Part shown: positions 48,843 to 59,370 of the stretch, piece after piece
How the letters are laid out: every line of letters starts with the position of its first letter
How positions within the stretch are numbered: the stretch's first letter is position 1
Source of the DNA: Collinsella sp.
Lineage (GTDB): Bacteria; Actinomycetota; Coriobacteriia; Coriobacteriales; Coriobacteriaceae
Direction of reading: 5' to 3'
Length of the DNA stretch: 64,000 bases
Assembly: GCA_048387515.1 (NCBI GenBank)
Contig: DBFMRS010000183.1
Coordinates: 16,314 to 80,313 of the forward strand
Notes under the pieces: model-generated
What the model was told of the DNA's origin: nothing
Seen by the model: the letters and a program-made list of their open reading frames with translations, nothing else
Database searches by the model: none
Translations under genes and position numbers: made by a program

Positions 48843-51524
48843 ATGCAAAAGGAATACCTGTCCGCCGCGGCGGAGGTGCTCAGCGACCAGGGTGTCGATG
48901 AGCACCTCGGCTTGAGCACCGGCGAGGCGTCGTCGCGCCTCGCCAAGACAGGCCCTAACAAGCTCGAGGAAGCAGAGAAGACGCCGTTGTGGAAGCGCTT
49001 CTTTGAGCAGATGGCCGACCCCATGGTCATCATGCTGATCGTTGCCGCCGTCATCAGTGCACTCACGGGCATGGTCAAGGGCGAGCCCGACTTTGCCGAC
49101 GTCTTCATCATCATGTTCGTCGTTATCGTCAACTCGGTGCTGGGCGTGGTCCAGGAAGCCAAGAGCGAGGAGGCCCTCGAGGCCCTGCAGGAGATGAGCG
49201 CGGCGCAGTCCAAGGTGTTGCGCGACGGCAAGCTCGTGCACCTGCCGAGCGCTGAGCTCGTGCCCGGCGACGTTATCATGCTCGAGGCGGGCGATTCCGT
49301 CCCGGCCGACTGCCGTGTGCTCGAGAGCGCCACGATGAAGATCGAAGAGGCCGCACTCACCGGCGAGTCGGTGCCCGTAGAGAAGCACGCCGACGTGATT
49401 GAGCTTGCCGCGGGCACCGATGACGTGCCGCTCGGCGACCGCAAGAACATGTGCTACATGGGTTCCACCGTGGTATACGGCCGCGGCCGCGCCGTCGTGG
49501 TCGGCACCGGCATGAACACCGAGATGGGTAAGATCGCCGGCGCCCTGGCCGAGGCCAAGGATGAGCTCACGCCGCTGCAGGTGAAGCTTGCCGAGCTCAG
49601 CCGCATCCTCACCATCATGGTGATTATCATCTGCGTCGTGATCTTTGGCGTTGACATCCTCCGCCACGGCGTGGGCAACGTCCTTACCGACCCGACTGCC
49701 TTGCTCGACACCTTTATGGTCGCCGTCTCGCTCGCCGTCGCTGCCATCCCCGAGGGCCTGGTCGCCGTCGTGACCATCGTGCTGTCGCTCGGCGTGACCA
49801 AGATGGCCAAGCGCCAGGCGATTATCCGCAAGCTCTCTGCCGTCGAGACCCTTGGCTGCACGCAGACCATCTGCTCCGACAAGACCGGTACCCTTACCCA
49901 GAACAAGATGACCGTCGTCAAGCACGAGCTCGCCGCGCCTGAGGAGAAGTTCCTGGCCGGCATGGCGCTGTGCTCCGACGCTCAGTGGGACGAGGAGCTG
50001 GGCGAGGCCGTGGGTGAGCCGACTGAGTGCGCGCTCGTCAACGACGCCGGCAAGGCGGGCCTCACTGGCCTGACTGCCGAGCACCCGCGCGTGGGCGAGG
50101 CCCCGTTTGACTCGGGCCGCAAGATGATGTCCGTGGTCGTCGAAACCCTGGATGGCGAGTACGAGCAGTACACCAAGGGCGCGCCCGACGTGGTGATTGG
50201 CCTGTGTACCCACATCTATGACGGTGAGAAGGTCGTTCCGCTGACTGAGGAGCGTCGTGCCGAGCTCGTGGCCGCCAACAAGGCCATGGCCGACGAGGCC
50301 CTGCGCGTGCTGGCGCTGGCAAGCCGTACCTACACCGAGGTCCCGAGCGACTGCAGCCCCGCTGCGCTTGAGCACGACCTGGTCTTCTGCGGCCTGTCCG
50401 GCATGATTGATCCGGTCCGTCCCGAGGTCGCCGACGCCATCCGCGAGGCCCACGACGCCGGTATCCGCACCGTCATGATCACGGGCGACCACATCGACAC
50501 CGCCGTGGCAATCGCCAAGCAGCTGGGTATCGTCACCGATCGCAGCCAGGCCATCACCGGTGCCGACCTCGACCGCATGAGCGACGAGGAGCTCGACGCA
50601 CACATCGAGGACTACGGCGTGTACGCCCGCGTCCAGCCCGAGCACAAGACCCGCATCGTCGAGGCTTGGAAGTCGCGCGATCAGATCGTCGCCATGACAG
50701 GCGACGGCGTCAATGACGCCCCGTCCATCAAGCGCGCCGACATCGGCGTCGGCATGGGCATCACCGGCACCGATGTCACCAAGAACGTCGCCGACATGGT
50801 GCTTGCCGACGACAACTTCGCCACTATCATCGGTGCCTGCGAAGAGGGCCGTCGCATCTACGACAACATCCGCAAGGTCATTCAGTTCCTGCTTTCAGCC
50901 AACCTTGCCGAGGTCTTCTCGGTGTTTATCGCCACGCTCATCGGCTTTACCATCTTCCAGCCGGTGCAGCTGCTGTGGGTGAACTTGGTTACCGACTGCT
51001 TCCCCGCGCTCGCGCTGGGCATGGAGGACGCCGAGGGCGACATCATGAAGCGCAAGCCGCGCAACGCCAAGGACGGTGTCTTTGCCGGCAATATGGGCGT
51101 GGACTGCGTGGTCCAGGGCCTGATCATTACCGCGCTGGTGCTGGCGAGCTTCTTTGTGGGCGTGTACTTTGACATGGGCTACATCCACATCGCCGATATG
51201 ATCGCCGGCAATGCCGACGAGGAAGGCGTGATGATGGCTTTCATCACGCTCAACATGGTCGAGATTTTCCACTGCTTCAATATGCGCAGCCGTCGTGCGT
51301 CGCTGTTCACCATGAAGAAGCAGAACAAGTGGCTGTGGGCCTCTGCTGCGCTGGCGCTGGTACTGACGGTTATCGTGACCGTTCAGCCGACGCTTGCTGA
51401 GATGTTCTTTGGCCCCGTGACGCTTGAGCTCAAGGGCGTTGTCGCCGCGCTGGGCCTTGCCTTCCTGATCATCCCGCTGATGGAGATCTACAAGGCGATC
51501 ATGCGCGCGGTCGAAAAAGAGTAA
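48843..51524 (+). CDS. Cation-translocating P-type ATPase (P2A, Ca2+-type)
   Basis: LTGES, AIPEGL, CSDKTGTLT, KGAPD, MITGD, GDGVNDAP, QLLWVNLVTD. Confidence 0.95.
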   Translation: MQKEYLSAAAEVLSDQGVDEHLGLSTGEASSRLAKTGPNKLEEAEKTPLWKRFFEQMADPMVIMLIVAAVISALTGMVKGEPDFADVFIIMFVVIVNSVLGVVQEAKSEEALEALQEMSAAQSKVLRDGKLVHLPSAELVPGDVIMLEAGDSVPADCRVLESATMKIEEAALTGESVPVEKHADVIELAAGTDDVPLGDRKNMCYMGSTVVYGRGRAVVVGTGMNTEMGKIAGALAEAKDELTPLQVKLAELSRILTIMVIIICVVIFGVDILRHGVGNVLTDPTALLDTFMVAVSLAVAAIPEGLVAVVTIVLSLGVTKMAKRQAIIRKLSAVETLGCTQTICSDKTGTLTQNKMTVVKHELAAPEEKFLAGMALCSDAQWDEELGEAVGEPTECALVNDAGKAGLTGLTAEHPRVGEAPFDSGRKMMSVVVETLDGEYEQYTKGAPDVVIGLCTHIYDGEKVVPLTEERRAELVAANKAMADEALRVLALASRTYTEVPSDCSPAALEHDLVFCGLSGMIDPVRPEVADAIREAHDAGIRTVMITGDHIDTAVAIAKQLGIVTDRSQAITGADLDRMSDEELDAHIEDYGVYARVQPEHKTRIVEAWKSRDQIVAMTGDGVNDAPSIKRADIGVGMGITGTDVTKNVADMVLADDNFATIIGACEEGRRIYDNIRKVIQFLLSANLAEVFSVFIATLIGFTIFQPVQLLWVNLVTDCFPALALGMEDAEGDIMKRKPRNAKDGVFAGNMGVDCVVQGLIITALVLASFFVGVYFDMGYIHIADMIAGNADEEGVMMAFITLNMVEIFHCFNMRSRRASLFTMKKQNKWLWASAALALVLTVIVTVQPTLAEMFFGPVTLELKGVVAALGLAFLIIPLMEIYKAIMRAVEKE

Positions 51525-51535
51525 CGTTCCTGTTC

Positions 51536-51630
51536 GGGCCCGACCGCCTGCGGGGTTTCCACGGGCACGTCCTCGCCGCTTTGCGGCTGCGGGATGTGCC
51601 CTTAGGAAACCCCTCCCGGCGGGCGGGCCC
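51536..51630. repeat. Long interrupted hairpin with tcgc/ctgc internal loops (copy D-like)
   Basis: gggcccg, ggggtttcc/ggaaacccc, gggcacgtcc/ggatgtgccc and gccgc/gcggc stems. Confidence 0.65.
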
Positions 51631-51771
51631 TGCGGTATCCTTGCTGGCTTTTCTCCCGTGCGGATGAAAAGGGCTGAGGGAAAGTTTGTGAGCTGGTCGG
51701 GCTTTGCCCGGCCAGCTCTTTTTGATTTAAAATACCTGCTCAGTTGTGATTTATGGTGCTGGGAGGCGTTT

Positions 51772-52956
51772 GTGGGCAAGGCTAAGGCTAAAGCGAAGAA
51801 AAAGACGACGGGGGCGCGGGCTAAGCGCGATCGTCGTCGGAAGCTCGCGACCGAGGCTCCCGCATCTGCTGAGGAGTTGCTGGCGAGTGTACCGGGGCTT
51901 GACGCACTGCAGGATGTTCCGGCGTTCGATGACCTGCCGGTCGATGCGGCTCAGCAGGCTGCATTTGACGACTTTTGCGCGCAGGCCGAGGGGCCCGAGC
52001 AGATGCAGCTTGGCGCCGTGGTGCGCTTGGATCGCGGGTTTCCGCTGGTGGCGACTGCCGACGATACCTTCCGCGCCGAGCATGCCGTGGGGTTTGCCAA
52101 GTCGCGCGGTGAGGACGAGGTCCTGCTGCCTGCCGTGGGCGATCGTGTGGCGGTGCGCCGCGCTCCCGGGCACGATATGGGCGTGATTGAGTGCGTGCTG
52201 CCGCGCCGTACGAGCTTTAAGCGTTGGCGCGGTCGTGCCCGCGGAGAGCGCCAGGTGCTCTGCTCCAACGTGGATAGCGTGCTAATCGTGCAGGCGCTCG
52301 GTGCCGGCGAGGTGCTGCTCGACCGCGTGGCGCGCTCGCTGGTGTTGGCGCTCGACTGCGATGCCGAACCGGCGGTGGTACTCACCAAAGCTGACCGTTG
52401 CGATGCCGAGGAGCTCGAGCGCGATCTGTACCGCGTGCGCCGCCTGGTGGGTCCGGACGTGCGCGTGATCGTGACATCCTCTGCCGAGGGCCGCGGCCTG
52501 GACGAGGTCCGTGCCTGCGTGCCCGCCGGGAGCTGCGCCATGATTCTGGGCGAGTCGGGTGCCGGCAAGTCGACGCTGCTCAATGCACTGCTGGGCCACG
52601 ATACGTTGGCGACCGGCGGTGTGCGCGAACGCGACGACCAGGGCCGTCACACTACCGTCGCGCGCGTGATGGTGACGCTGCCGGGCGACGCCGGCGTGAT
52701 CGCCGATGCCCCGGGCCTGCGCAGCCTACCGCTCGTGGGTCACGAGCGGGGACTGGCCCGCGCCTTCCCCGAGATTGTCGAGGCATCGCGCGCGTGCCGG
52801 TTTGGCGATTGCACGCATACCCATGAGCCGGGTTGCGCCGTTCGCGAGGCCGAGGACGCCGGGCAGATCGATAGCCTGCGTCTGGAAACGTTCCAAAACC
52901 TGGCGTCATCCATGCGCGTGAGCGCTCAAATGCTCGATCCCGATGTCCATCTGTAA
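51772..52956 (+). CDS. rsgA: Ribosome small subunit-dependent GTPase A
   Basis: TKAD, GESGAGKSTL.N, GRHTT, DAPG, C.F.DC.H..EPGC; GTG start after gggagg. Confidence 0.93.
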   Translation: MGKAKAKAKKKTTGARAKRDRRRKLATEAPASAEELLASVPGLDALQDVPAFDDLPVDAAQQAAFDDFCAQAEGPEQMQLGAVVRLDRGFPLVATADDTFRAEHAVGFAKSRGEDEVLLPAVGDRVAVRRAPGHDMGVIECVLPRRTSFKRWRGRARGERQVLCSNVDSVLIVQALGAGEVLLDRVARSLVLALDCDAEPAVVLTKADRCDAEELERDLYRVRRLVGPDVRVIVTSSAEGRGLDEVRACVPAGSCAMILGESGAGKSTLLNALLGHDTLATGGVRERDDQGRHTTVARVMVTLPGDAGVIADAPGLRSLPLVGHERGLARAFPEIVEASRACRFGDCTHTHEPGCAVREAEDAGQIDSLRLETFQNLASSMRVSAQMLDPDVHL

Positions 52957-52974
52957 TTGATCTTTCCTATGACA

Positions 52975-53008
52975 GCCGTCTCCCAACTGTTCGGGAGACG
53001 GCTTTTTT
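52975..53008 (+). terminator. Intrinsic terminator after rsgA
   Basis: agccgtctccc / gggagacggct followed by a T run. Confidence 0.85.
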
Positions 53009-53208
53009 GCTGCGGAAAATCCTCGAAATATGCAGTTTGCTGACGTGCTGACCAAAACCTTGCCACGAGCTTGACGGGCTGGTCAGCTTTTGGTCAGTGA
53101 TTGGTTTGACATCGAAAACCAAGATCGCGATTGCGCCGCTTTGCACTCTGACCGCCCAGACAATGGTGGTACGGGCATTCGCCCGGCACTGCCATGAGAG
53201 GAGCGGCC

Positions 53209-53868
53209 GTGAACAAGAGCAAGCGCATCGCCATCAGTCTGGTCGCGGGCGTGCTCGCTGCTCTGCTCTGCATGGTTTACGGCTCGTCGATCCGCTCGCA
53301 AGCCGAACAGGTCCAGGCTGAGACCTTGGCCAAGTACGGGGGCGATCGCGTCGAGGTATGCGTTGCGGCGCGCGATATCGATGTGGGCGAGACCCTCGAT
53401 GAGACCAATGTCATAACCCAGGAATGGCTGACGAGCCTGCTGCCGCGTGACGCGGCGACCGAGCTGCGCCAGGTGCGCGGCGACGTGACGACTTCGCGTA
53501 TTCCCAAAAACGCCGTGATCTGCAATGTCTACACCAAGGCCGAGAGCCACAAGCTCGAGGTGCCTAAGGGCAAGGTCGCCGTTTCGGTGGCGGTCGATGC
53601 CGAGCACTCGGTCGGCGGCGCCACGGGCGTGGGCAGCTACGTGGATGTGTATGTGCAAAAAGACGGCGTAACCGATCGGCTGTGCGGCGCGTACGTGATC
53701 GATACCAGTGAGGATTCCGGTGCCACGCGCGAGGGCAAGATCGAATGGGTGACGCTGGCGGCTGACCCCGAAGACGTCAAGGAACTGCTGGGGGCATCGG
53801 GCAAGGGAACGGTCAGCTTGACGATTCCCGCCACGGCGCGCGGCAAACGGAGCGGAGGCGACGAGTGA
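53209..53868 (+). CDS. cpaB: Flp pilus assembly protein CpaB/RcpC (SAF domain)
   Basis: N-terminal TM, V.VAARDI..G SAF motif, VP.G.VAVSV.V...VGG....G..VDV. Confidence 0.85.
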   Translation: MNKSKRIAISLVAGVLAALLCMVYGSSIRSQAEQVQAETLAKYGGDRVEVCVAARDIDVGETLDETNVITQEWLTSLLPRDAATELRQVRGDVTTSRIPKNAVICNVYTKAESHKLEVPKGKVAVSVAVDAEHSVGGATGVGSYVDVYVQKDGVTDRLCGAYVIDTSEDSGATREGKIEWVTLAADPEDVKELLGASGKGTVSLTIPATARGKRSGGDE

Positions 53869-55517
53869 TGAAGGCGATCTGGCTTGCGTGCTGCGCGTGC
53901 GGCGATTACGGGCTGTTGCAGCGGGAAGTCGAGGGCCGTGATGCGGATGCACAGGTGCTTCGCGTCGGTGACCTGGACGGGCTGGTTTCCATGGCGCGGG
54001 CGTTTCCGTCGCGCCGCGGGGCTGCCATCATCGCGGCGTCTCTGTTTGATACCGAAGATGTGCGCAAGACTGTTGCGCGCCTGACGGCCGAAGGCCGCGT
54101 GAGTCGCGTGGTCGTGTTGATAGAAGCGCTCGATCCGTCGGATATCGAGGGGCTGTTTCGCGCGGGGGCGACCGAGGTCATCGCTGCGCGCAGTATATGC
54201 GGCAACGGGCGTGCGGGCGAGGGAGCGGTTGATTCCGATCGGCGCATGACGATTGAGCCCGATGCTTTTGTTGATAGGGAACCCGGGGCGCCTCGCGCTA
54301 CAAGAGGCCCGCGTGTTGATGATTGTGGAAAAGCGGAAGCCGAGCATGGTCGGCGCCCCCGGAACCCCCTTGTATACGATGATGCTGGAGGGCCGGCGCA
54401 ACATGCTGGCGACTCCCCGGCTGTAGATATGGGATACGTGCACGGCGTGAATCTGGCGGATGAACTCGACGAAGTTGAGGGCTTTGCCGGGTGCGGCGAG
54501 TTGTCGCTGATGCAGCATGAGCAGATTGCACAGAACGAACCTGCCTCGCAGACCGAACAAGCTGCCATGCCGGCTTGGACGCAGCGTGTAGTTGCGGCGG
54601 GGGAGACGGGGACGCTGCCACCGACGCCCGTCCCGCCGCCTCCGATGCCGCCGGCAGACACTGCCGCTCCGCCGCATCGAGCTCCGGTCATCTGCGCCAT
54701 TTCGGGTTCGGGCGGTTGCGGCAAGTCGACGATCGTTGCCACCATGGCACATACATCGTCGCTGTTGGGCTTGCGTGCCGCCGTGCTCGACCTGGACCTG
54801 ATGTTTGGAAACCTTTACGACTTGTTAGGCGTCGATGCTCCGCGCGATATGGCGGCACTTATCGAGCCATCGGCGACGGGCGCGCTTGCCGAGCCGGATA
54901 TCGTAGCTGTTTCGATGCGCGTGGCGCCGGGCGTTACGCTCTGGGGCCCCGTCGCGGCGCCCGAGCAAGCCGAGCTCATGGCACGTCCGGTGGAGCTACT
55001 GCTTGATGTTCTGCGTCGCGAATCCGACGTGGTCTTTATCGATACCTCGGTCTTTTGGGGCGACGCCGTGGCGGCTGCGGTGGCGGCGAGCGACCGTTGC
55101 CTGGTCGTTGGCGATGCGGCGGTATCGTCCGCGACATCGGCATCGCGCGTCATTGAACTGGCAAGTCGAGTAGGTGTGCCGCGCACGCGCATGAGCGCCG
55201 TGTTCAACCGGTTCGGTGTGCGCGGGGCAGACGAGGACGTCGCCATGCGCTTTGAGATCGCCTGTGCGTTGAGTTCCAAGATTCGTATCGCCGATGGCGG
55301 GCAGGATCTCGCCGCGCTCATGGCGTTTGGGCGCGCTGACGAGGCAGTGGGGCAGACCAGCGCTTTTGCGACTAGCGTGCGCGAGGCCACGCGCGAGATG
55401 CTCGTGGAACTGGGGTGCGCCGTCGGCCCTTGGAGCGATATGGTCGCCGACCGTGCAACGCGCACCGAACGCCCGCGTATCCGCCTTCCCTGGTCGCGCG
55501 AGGGTGATCAGCGATGA
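53865..55517 (+). CDS. CpaE/TadZ-like ParA/MinD ATPase with receiver-like N-terminus
   Basis: SGSGGCGKST, DLDLMFG, IDT, NRF; Pro-rich linker. Confidence 0.82.
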   Translation: MMKAIWLACCACGDYGLLQREVEGRDADAQVLRVGDLDGLVSMARAFPSRRGAAIIAASLFDTEDVRKTVARLTAEGRVSRVVVLIEALDPSDIEGLFRAGATEVIAARSICGNGRAGEGAVDSDRRMTIEPDAFVDREPGAPRATRGPRVDDCGKAEAEHGRRPRNPLVYDDAGGPAQHAGDSPAVDMGYVHGVNLADELDEVEGFAGCGELSLMQHEQIAQNEPASQTEQAAMPAWTQRVVAAGETGTLPPTPVPPPPMPPADTAAPPHRAPVICAISGSGGCGKSTIVATMAHTSSLLGLRAAVLDLDLMFGNLYDLLGVDAPRDMAALIEPSATGALAEPDIVAVSMRVAPGVTLWGPVAAPEQAELMARPVELLLDVLRRESDVVFIDTSVFWGDAVAAAVAASDRCLVVGDAAVSSATSASRVIELASRVGVPRTRMSAVFNRFGVRGADEDVAMRFEIACALSSKIRIADGGQDLAALMAFGRADEAVGQTSAFATSVREATREMLVELGCAVGPWSDMVADRATRTERPRIRLPWSREGDQR

Positions 55518-56842
55518 GCCTGCAAACGAGGATTAAGGCTGCCGGCGCTGCAGCGGTGGCAGCGCCTGTAGATGCGGGGCGTCGCCGCGCGGTGAAACGA
55601 CGCACCAAGCGCGCCGTGATGGACCGCATGGGTTACGACGAAGTGGCGCGTATCAGCGCCTATATCGACCCGGCACTTGCCCGCTCGGAATTGCGTCCCG
55701 CGGTGGAGGCGGCGCTCAATGTTGAGGAGCCGACCGATCTCGCGACGCCCGAGCGCGAGACCATCATCGACGAGATTTTGGATGACGTGGTGGGCTTGGG
55801 GCCGTTGCAGCCGCTCATCGAGGACGACACCGTTACCGAGATCATGATCAACGGCTGCCGCTCGGCTTTCTTTGAACGCGGCGGCGTCTTGTACCCCATC
55901 GAGCATGCGTTCGAGGATGATGAGCAGATCCGTGTGCTTGTCGACCGCATCATCTCGCCACTTGGCCGCCGTATCGACGAGCGCAGCCCCATCGTCAACG
56001 CCCGCCTCAAAACGGGCTATCGCGTCAACGCGGTGATTCCGCCTGTGGCGATTGACGGACCGATTCTCACCATCCGAAAGTTCTCGGACCGCATCTGCTC
56101 GCTGGACGAACTCGTGGGGTTGGGATCGCTGCCGCTTTGGTATGCGCAGCTGCTGTCGTGCGCGGTGTCGCTGCGACAGGACCTGGCGGTTGCGGGAGGC
56201 ACGGGATCTGGTAAGACCACCCTGCTCAACGCGTTGTCGTGCGAGATTTCCACCGGCGAGCGTATCGTGACGATCGAGGACTCTGCCGAGCTCAAGTTTG
56301 CGCATCATCCGCACGTGGTGCGCCTAGAGGCGCGCGAGGCTTCAATTGAGGGTGAGGGCGCGGTGACGATCCGTGACCTGGTAACTAATGCCCTGCGCAT
56401 GCGCCCCGACCGCATCGTGGTGGGTGAGGTGCGCGGTGCCGAGTGCTGCGACATGTTGCAGGCCATGAACACGGGCCACGACGGGTCGCTCACCACACTT
56501 CATGCGGGTTCAGAACAGGAGACCGTGGTGCGTCTGACGTTGCTTGCACGTTATGGCATCGATCTGCCGAGCGAGCTCATCGAGGAGCAGATTGCCATGG
56601 CGCTCGACGGCATCGTGATGTCCGAGCGCCACGCCGATGGCAGGCGTTTCGTCTCCTCGTATTCGGGGGTGCGTCGCGCCGCGTCGGGCGGCGTAGAGCT
56701 CGAGCGCTATGTGACGTTCGATGCCGCCGAGCGCACCTGGACGCTTGACCGCGAGCCGCCGTTTATCGCAGAAGGCCTGCGGTCGGGGACGCTCACACAA
56801 GAGGAGGTGGACGAATGGAGATCACTGTGCCCCTCGTCGTAG
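55514..56842 (+). CDS. tadA: Tad pilus ATPase CpaF/TadA
   Basis: [53 protein letters not shown]. Confidence 0.95.
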   Translation: MSLQTRIKAAGAAAVAAPVDAGRRRAVKRRTKRAVMDRMGYDEVARISAYIDPALARSELRPAVEAALNVEEPTDLATPERETIIDEILDDVVGLGPLQPLIEDDTVTEIMINGCRSAFFERGGVLYPIEHAFEDDEQIRVLVDRIISPLGRRIDERSPIVNARLKTGYRVNAVIPPVAIDGPILTIRKFSDRICSLDELVGLGSLPLWYAQLLSCAVSLRQDLAVAGGTGSGKTTLLNALSCEISTGERIVTIEDSAELKFAHHPHVVRLEAREASIEGEGAVTIRDLVTNALRMRPDRIVVGEVRGAECCDMLQAMNTGHDGSLTTLHAGSEQETVVRLTLLARYGIDLPSELIEEQIAMALDGIVMSERHADGRRFVSSYSGVRRAASGGVELERYVTFDAAERTWTLDREPPFIAEGLRSGTLTQEEVDEWRSLCPSS

Positions 56843-57741
56843 GGGGCTTGGCAGGGCTTTCTGTCGCGACGGCGTGCGGGGCGGAACCTCGTGTGCCGCA
56901 GGTACCGCCGGCGGAGCCGGCACGTCAGGCGCTCGAGACGGTGGCAGAGAAGCTGCCGCGTGAGCTGGTGGAAAACGATCTGCTGAAAAAGATCGCCCGT
57001 TCGTGGGCATCGCTGGCTCCGGCGCATCGCCTTGGCCTCGTGATCGAAGATGCTTCGGGGCGTTTGGCGTTTCTGCTGCTATCGAGCGGTGTCTGCTGCG
57101 TTTTGCTAACGATGGTGTCGTTATCGCCCCTCGGATTTGCCTTGGGACTTGTTGCTCCGATTGCCGTTGGCGCCGCTCGGGACGGCTTTGAGAGCCGGCG
57201 CGAGCAACACGATGCAGAAGAGGCCATGCCCGAGGCGTTTACCGCACTTTCCATGTCGCTTGCCTCGGGACATTCGCTGGCCCAGGGCATGCGCTTTGTG
57301 GGCGCTCATGCGCAAGAGCCAGTGCATACCGAGTTTTTGCGGGTGGCGGCGGCGATCGATTGCGGCATCTCGGCGACCGACGCACTCGATGACTTGCTCG
57401 TGCGCATCGACGTCCCCGGTCTTTCGCTTGTGACCTTGGCGCTTAAGGTGTCTCAGCGCACCGGCGCTCCGCTTGCCGACTTGCTGTCCGAGGCGTCGAG
57501 CATGGTGGGGGAGCGCATTGAGCTCAAGCGCCGCCTGGATGTTAAGACGTCGCAGGCTCGCATGTCTGCGCATATGGTCGCGGCGATGCCGGCGGGCATG
57601 TGCGCGGTGTTGGCGCTGCTTTCGGCAGATTTTCGTCGCGGTCTTGCGACGCCTGCCGGCGCGGGCGCTGTGGTGCTGGGTCTTGCCCTCAACGCCGTTG
57701 CCCTGGTGGTTATCCGGCGCATTATGCGGGTGGAGCTATGA
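56815..57741 (+). CDS. tadB: TadB (T2SS-F domain)
   Basis: MPEAF..L...L.SG.S, TGAPL, Q.RMSA. Confidence 0.85.
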   Translation: MEITVPLVVGGLAGLSVATACGAEPRVPQVPPAEPARQALETVAEKLPRELVENDLLKKIARSWASLAPAHRLGLVIEDASGRLAFLLLSSGVCCVLLTMVSLSPLGFALGLVAPIAVGAARDGFESRREQHDAEEAMPEAFTALSMSLASGHSLAQGMRFVGAHAQEPVHTEFLRVAAAIDCGISATDALDDLLVRIDVPGLSLVTLALKVSQRTGAPLADLLSEASSMVGERIELKRRLDVKTSQARMSAHMVAAMPAGMCAVLALLSADFRRGLATPAGAGAVVLGLALNAVALVVIRRIMRVEL

Positions 57742-58379
57742 GCGCCCCGGTTGCAGTTGCGGCTTGCCTGTGCGCCCTGAGCGTATTTGTCGCGACGGGT
57801 TTGGATCGGGCGGATGCACGCAAGATCGCAGGGGCCTGCAAGCGCGAGGCGATGCTGGTCGCTGCCGCGGGTCGCTCGGTGGTCGATGCTCTGATCGCGC
57901 GAGTGAAGGGCGCGGTTGGAGCGGGCGGCCCGGCGCGAGTGTCGCTCGGCGAAGTGTCCGAGATGATCGATGTTGTTCGCTTGGGTCTTTCGGCCGGTCT
58001 TTCGTTTGATGCGGCGCTTGAGATTTTCTGCGCCAACCGCCGGTCAGTGCTGGCTCTTCGCCTTGAGCGAGCCTGCATGGCGTGGCAGGTGGGCGTGGGC
58101 ACGCGTGAGGACGAGTTGTTGGCCGCTGCGCGCGACCTGGACGTGCGAGCGCTCGAGACCTTTGCCATCACGGTGGGGCAGGCGCTCGCCCTGGGTGCCC
58201 CACTTGCCGAGACGCTGGCCGCTCAAAGTCGCGAGATCCGTGCGGCTCATCGCGCCGCGGTCGAGCGCGAGATCGAGCGTGCGCCCGTCAAGCTGCTGAT
58301 TCCCACCGGCACGCTCATCTTGCCGGCGTTGCTTCTGTCCATATTGGGCCCGCTGCTGGGAGCAGGCGGGATGATGTAG
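57738..58379 (+). CDS. tadC: TadC (T2SS-F domain)
   Basis: L.AGLSFDAA, LGAPLA..L, APVKLLIP; ATGA coupling to tadB. Confidence 0.85.
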   Translation: MSAPVAVAACLCALSVFVATGLDRADARKIAGACKREAMLVAAAGRSVVDALIARVKGAVGAGGPARVSLGEVSEMIDVVRLGLSAGLSFDAALEIFCANRRSVLALRLERACMAWQVGVGTREDELLAAARDLDVRALETFAITVGQALALGAPLAETLAAQSREIRAAHRAAVEREIERAPVKLLIPTGTLILPALLLSILGPLLGAGGMM

Positions 58380-58389
58380 GGAGGAATAC

Positions 58390-58623
58390 ATGAACACGAT
58401 GACTGACGCTGCTGGCAAGGTCCAGGGCTGGGCGTTTTGCCGGGCGGCACATGTTCGTCAGTGCGCCAAGGAGCTATTGCAGGAGGAGAGCGCACAGGGT
58501 ACCACCGAGTATGCCATCTTGGTCGGCGTGCTCGTGGTGATCGCGATTATCGCCATCGTCGCATTTAAGGGCAAGGTCCAAGATCTATGGAACGCTATCA
58601 GCGAGGGCATCAACAGCCTGTAG
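58390..58623 (+). CDS. flp: Flp major pilin
   Basis: EESAQGTTEYAILVGVLVVIAI class III signal with Flp E/Y motif. Confidence 0.85.
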   Translation: MNTMTDAAGKVQGWAFCRAAHVRQCAKELLQEESAQGTTEYAILVGVLVVIAIIAIVAFKGKVQDLWNAISEGINSL

Positions 58624-58643
58624 AGGGCGAGCGCCCCATCGGG

Positions 58644-59150
58644 GTGCTGCTGGTGTTTGCTTGCCTGACCGTGGCGATAGCGGCGGTGCTTTGGGGGCTT
58701 AACGCCGCGCGGCAGCAGCGTCCTGGGATCGCCTCCGATTCGGGCTCAGATTCGGCGGTGGCGTCTCAAAATGATGAGATGCGAGATACGGACGATTCGG
58801 ATGTCGCTGTCACGGCGCAAACCTTTCTGCGGACGCTCGACAAGCGGTCTGGCACTGCGACGGATTCGCCTGAGGGCGACGCGATTGCGGTCCGGCTTGC
58901 ATGGTCCGAGGACCGACCGATGACCGAGGCAGCGGCGGATATGTTACGCGCCTACCGCGAGGTGCCAACGGCCCAGCTCGCCCTGAGCGGCTATCTCGAT
59001 ATTAAGGGCAACGTATGGGGCGCCATCGTGCGCGATGGACGTGGCTGGGTCGATATGGTGACGGTTGCTGCGGATGCCGGCGATGCCTCGTGCCGCCTGC
59101 GCGTGATCCGCCTGAGCCCGCAGGCATCGAACTCAAAGGAGGGATCGTGA
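58644..59150 (+). CDS. Membrane-anchored hypothetical protein in the tad locus (start uncertain)
   Basis: N-terminal TM, GYLDIKGNVWG; fills the gap between pilins. Confidence 0.7.
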   Translation: MLLVFACLTVAIAAVLWGLNAARQQRPGIASDSGSDSAVASQNDEMRDTDDSDVAVTAQTFLRTLDKRSGTATDSPEGDAIAVRLAWSEDRPMTEAAADMLRAYREVPTAQLALSGYLDIKGNVWGAIVRDGRGWVDMVTVAADAGDASCRLRVIRLSPQASNSKEGS

Positions 59151-59151
59151 A

Positions 59152-59370
59152 ATGCATGGCGTTCTTCGTGAAGAGGTTGCCCAAGCGACTGTGGAATACG
59201 CCATTGTCACGGTGGCGCTGTTATCGATCGTGCTGGCGATCGCGGGGCTTTGGCGTGCTGGCACCGATGGGCGCTTGGCGGCGCTGGTTGAGCGGGCGGC
59301 ATCCCATGGCGTTGCCTCGATGTCGGTTATCGACGCCGCTGCGGGCGCTAAGGACATCGCGTTGTATTGA
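59152..59370 (+). CDS. Flp-like minor pilin
   Basis: EEVAQATVEYAIV; strong SD aaggaggg. Confidence 0.8.
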   Translation: MHGVLREEVAQATVEYAIVTVALLSIVLAIAGLWRAGTDGRLAALVERAASHGVASMSVIDAAAGAKDIALY

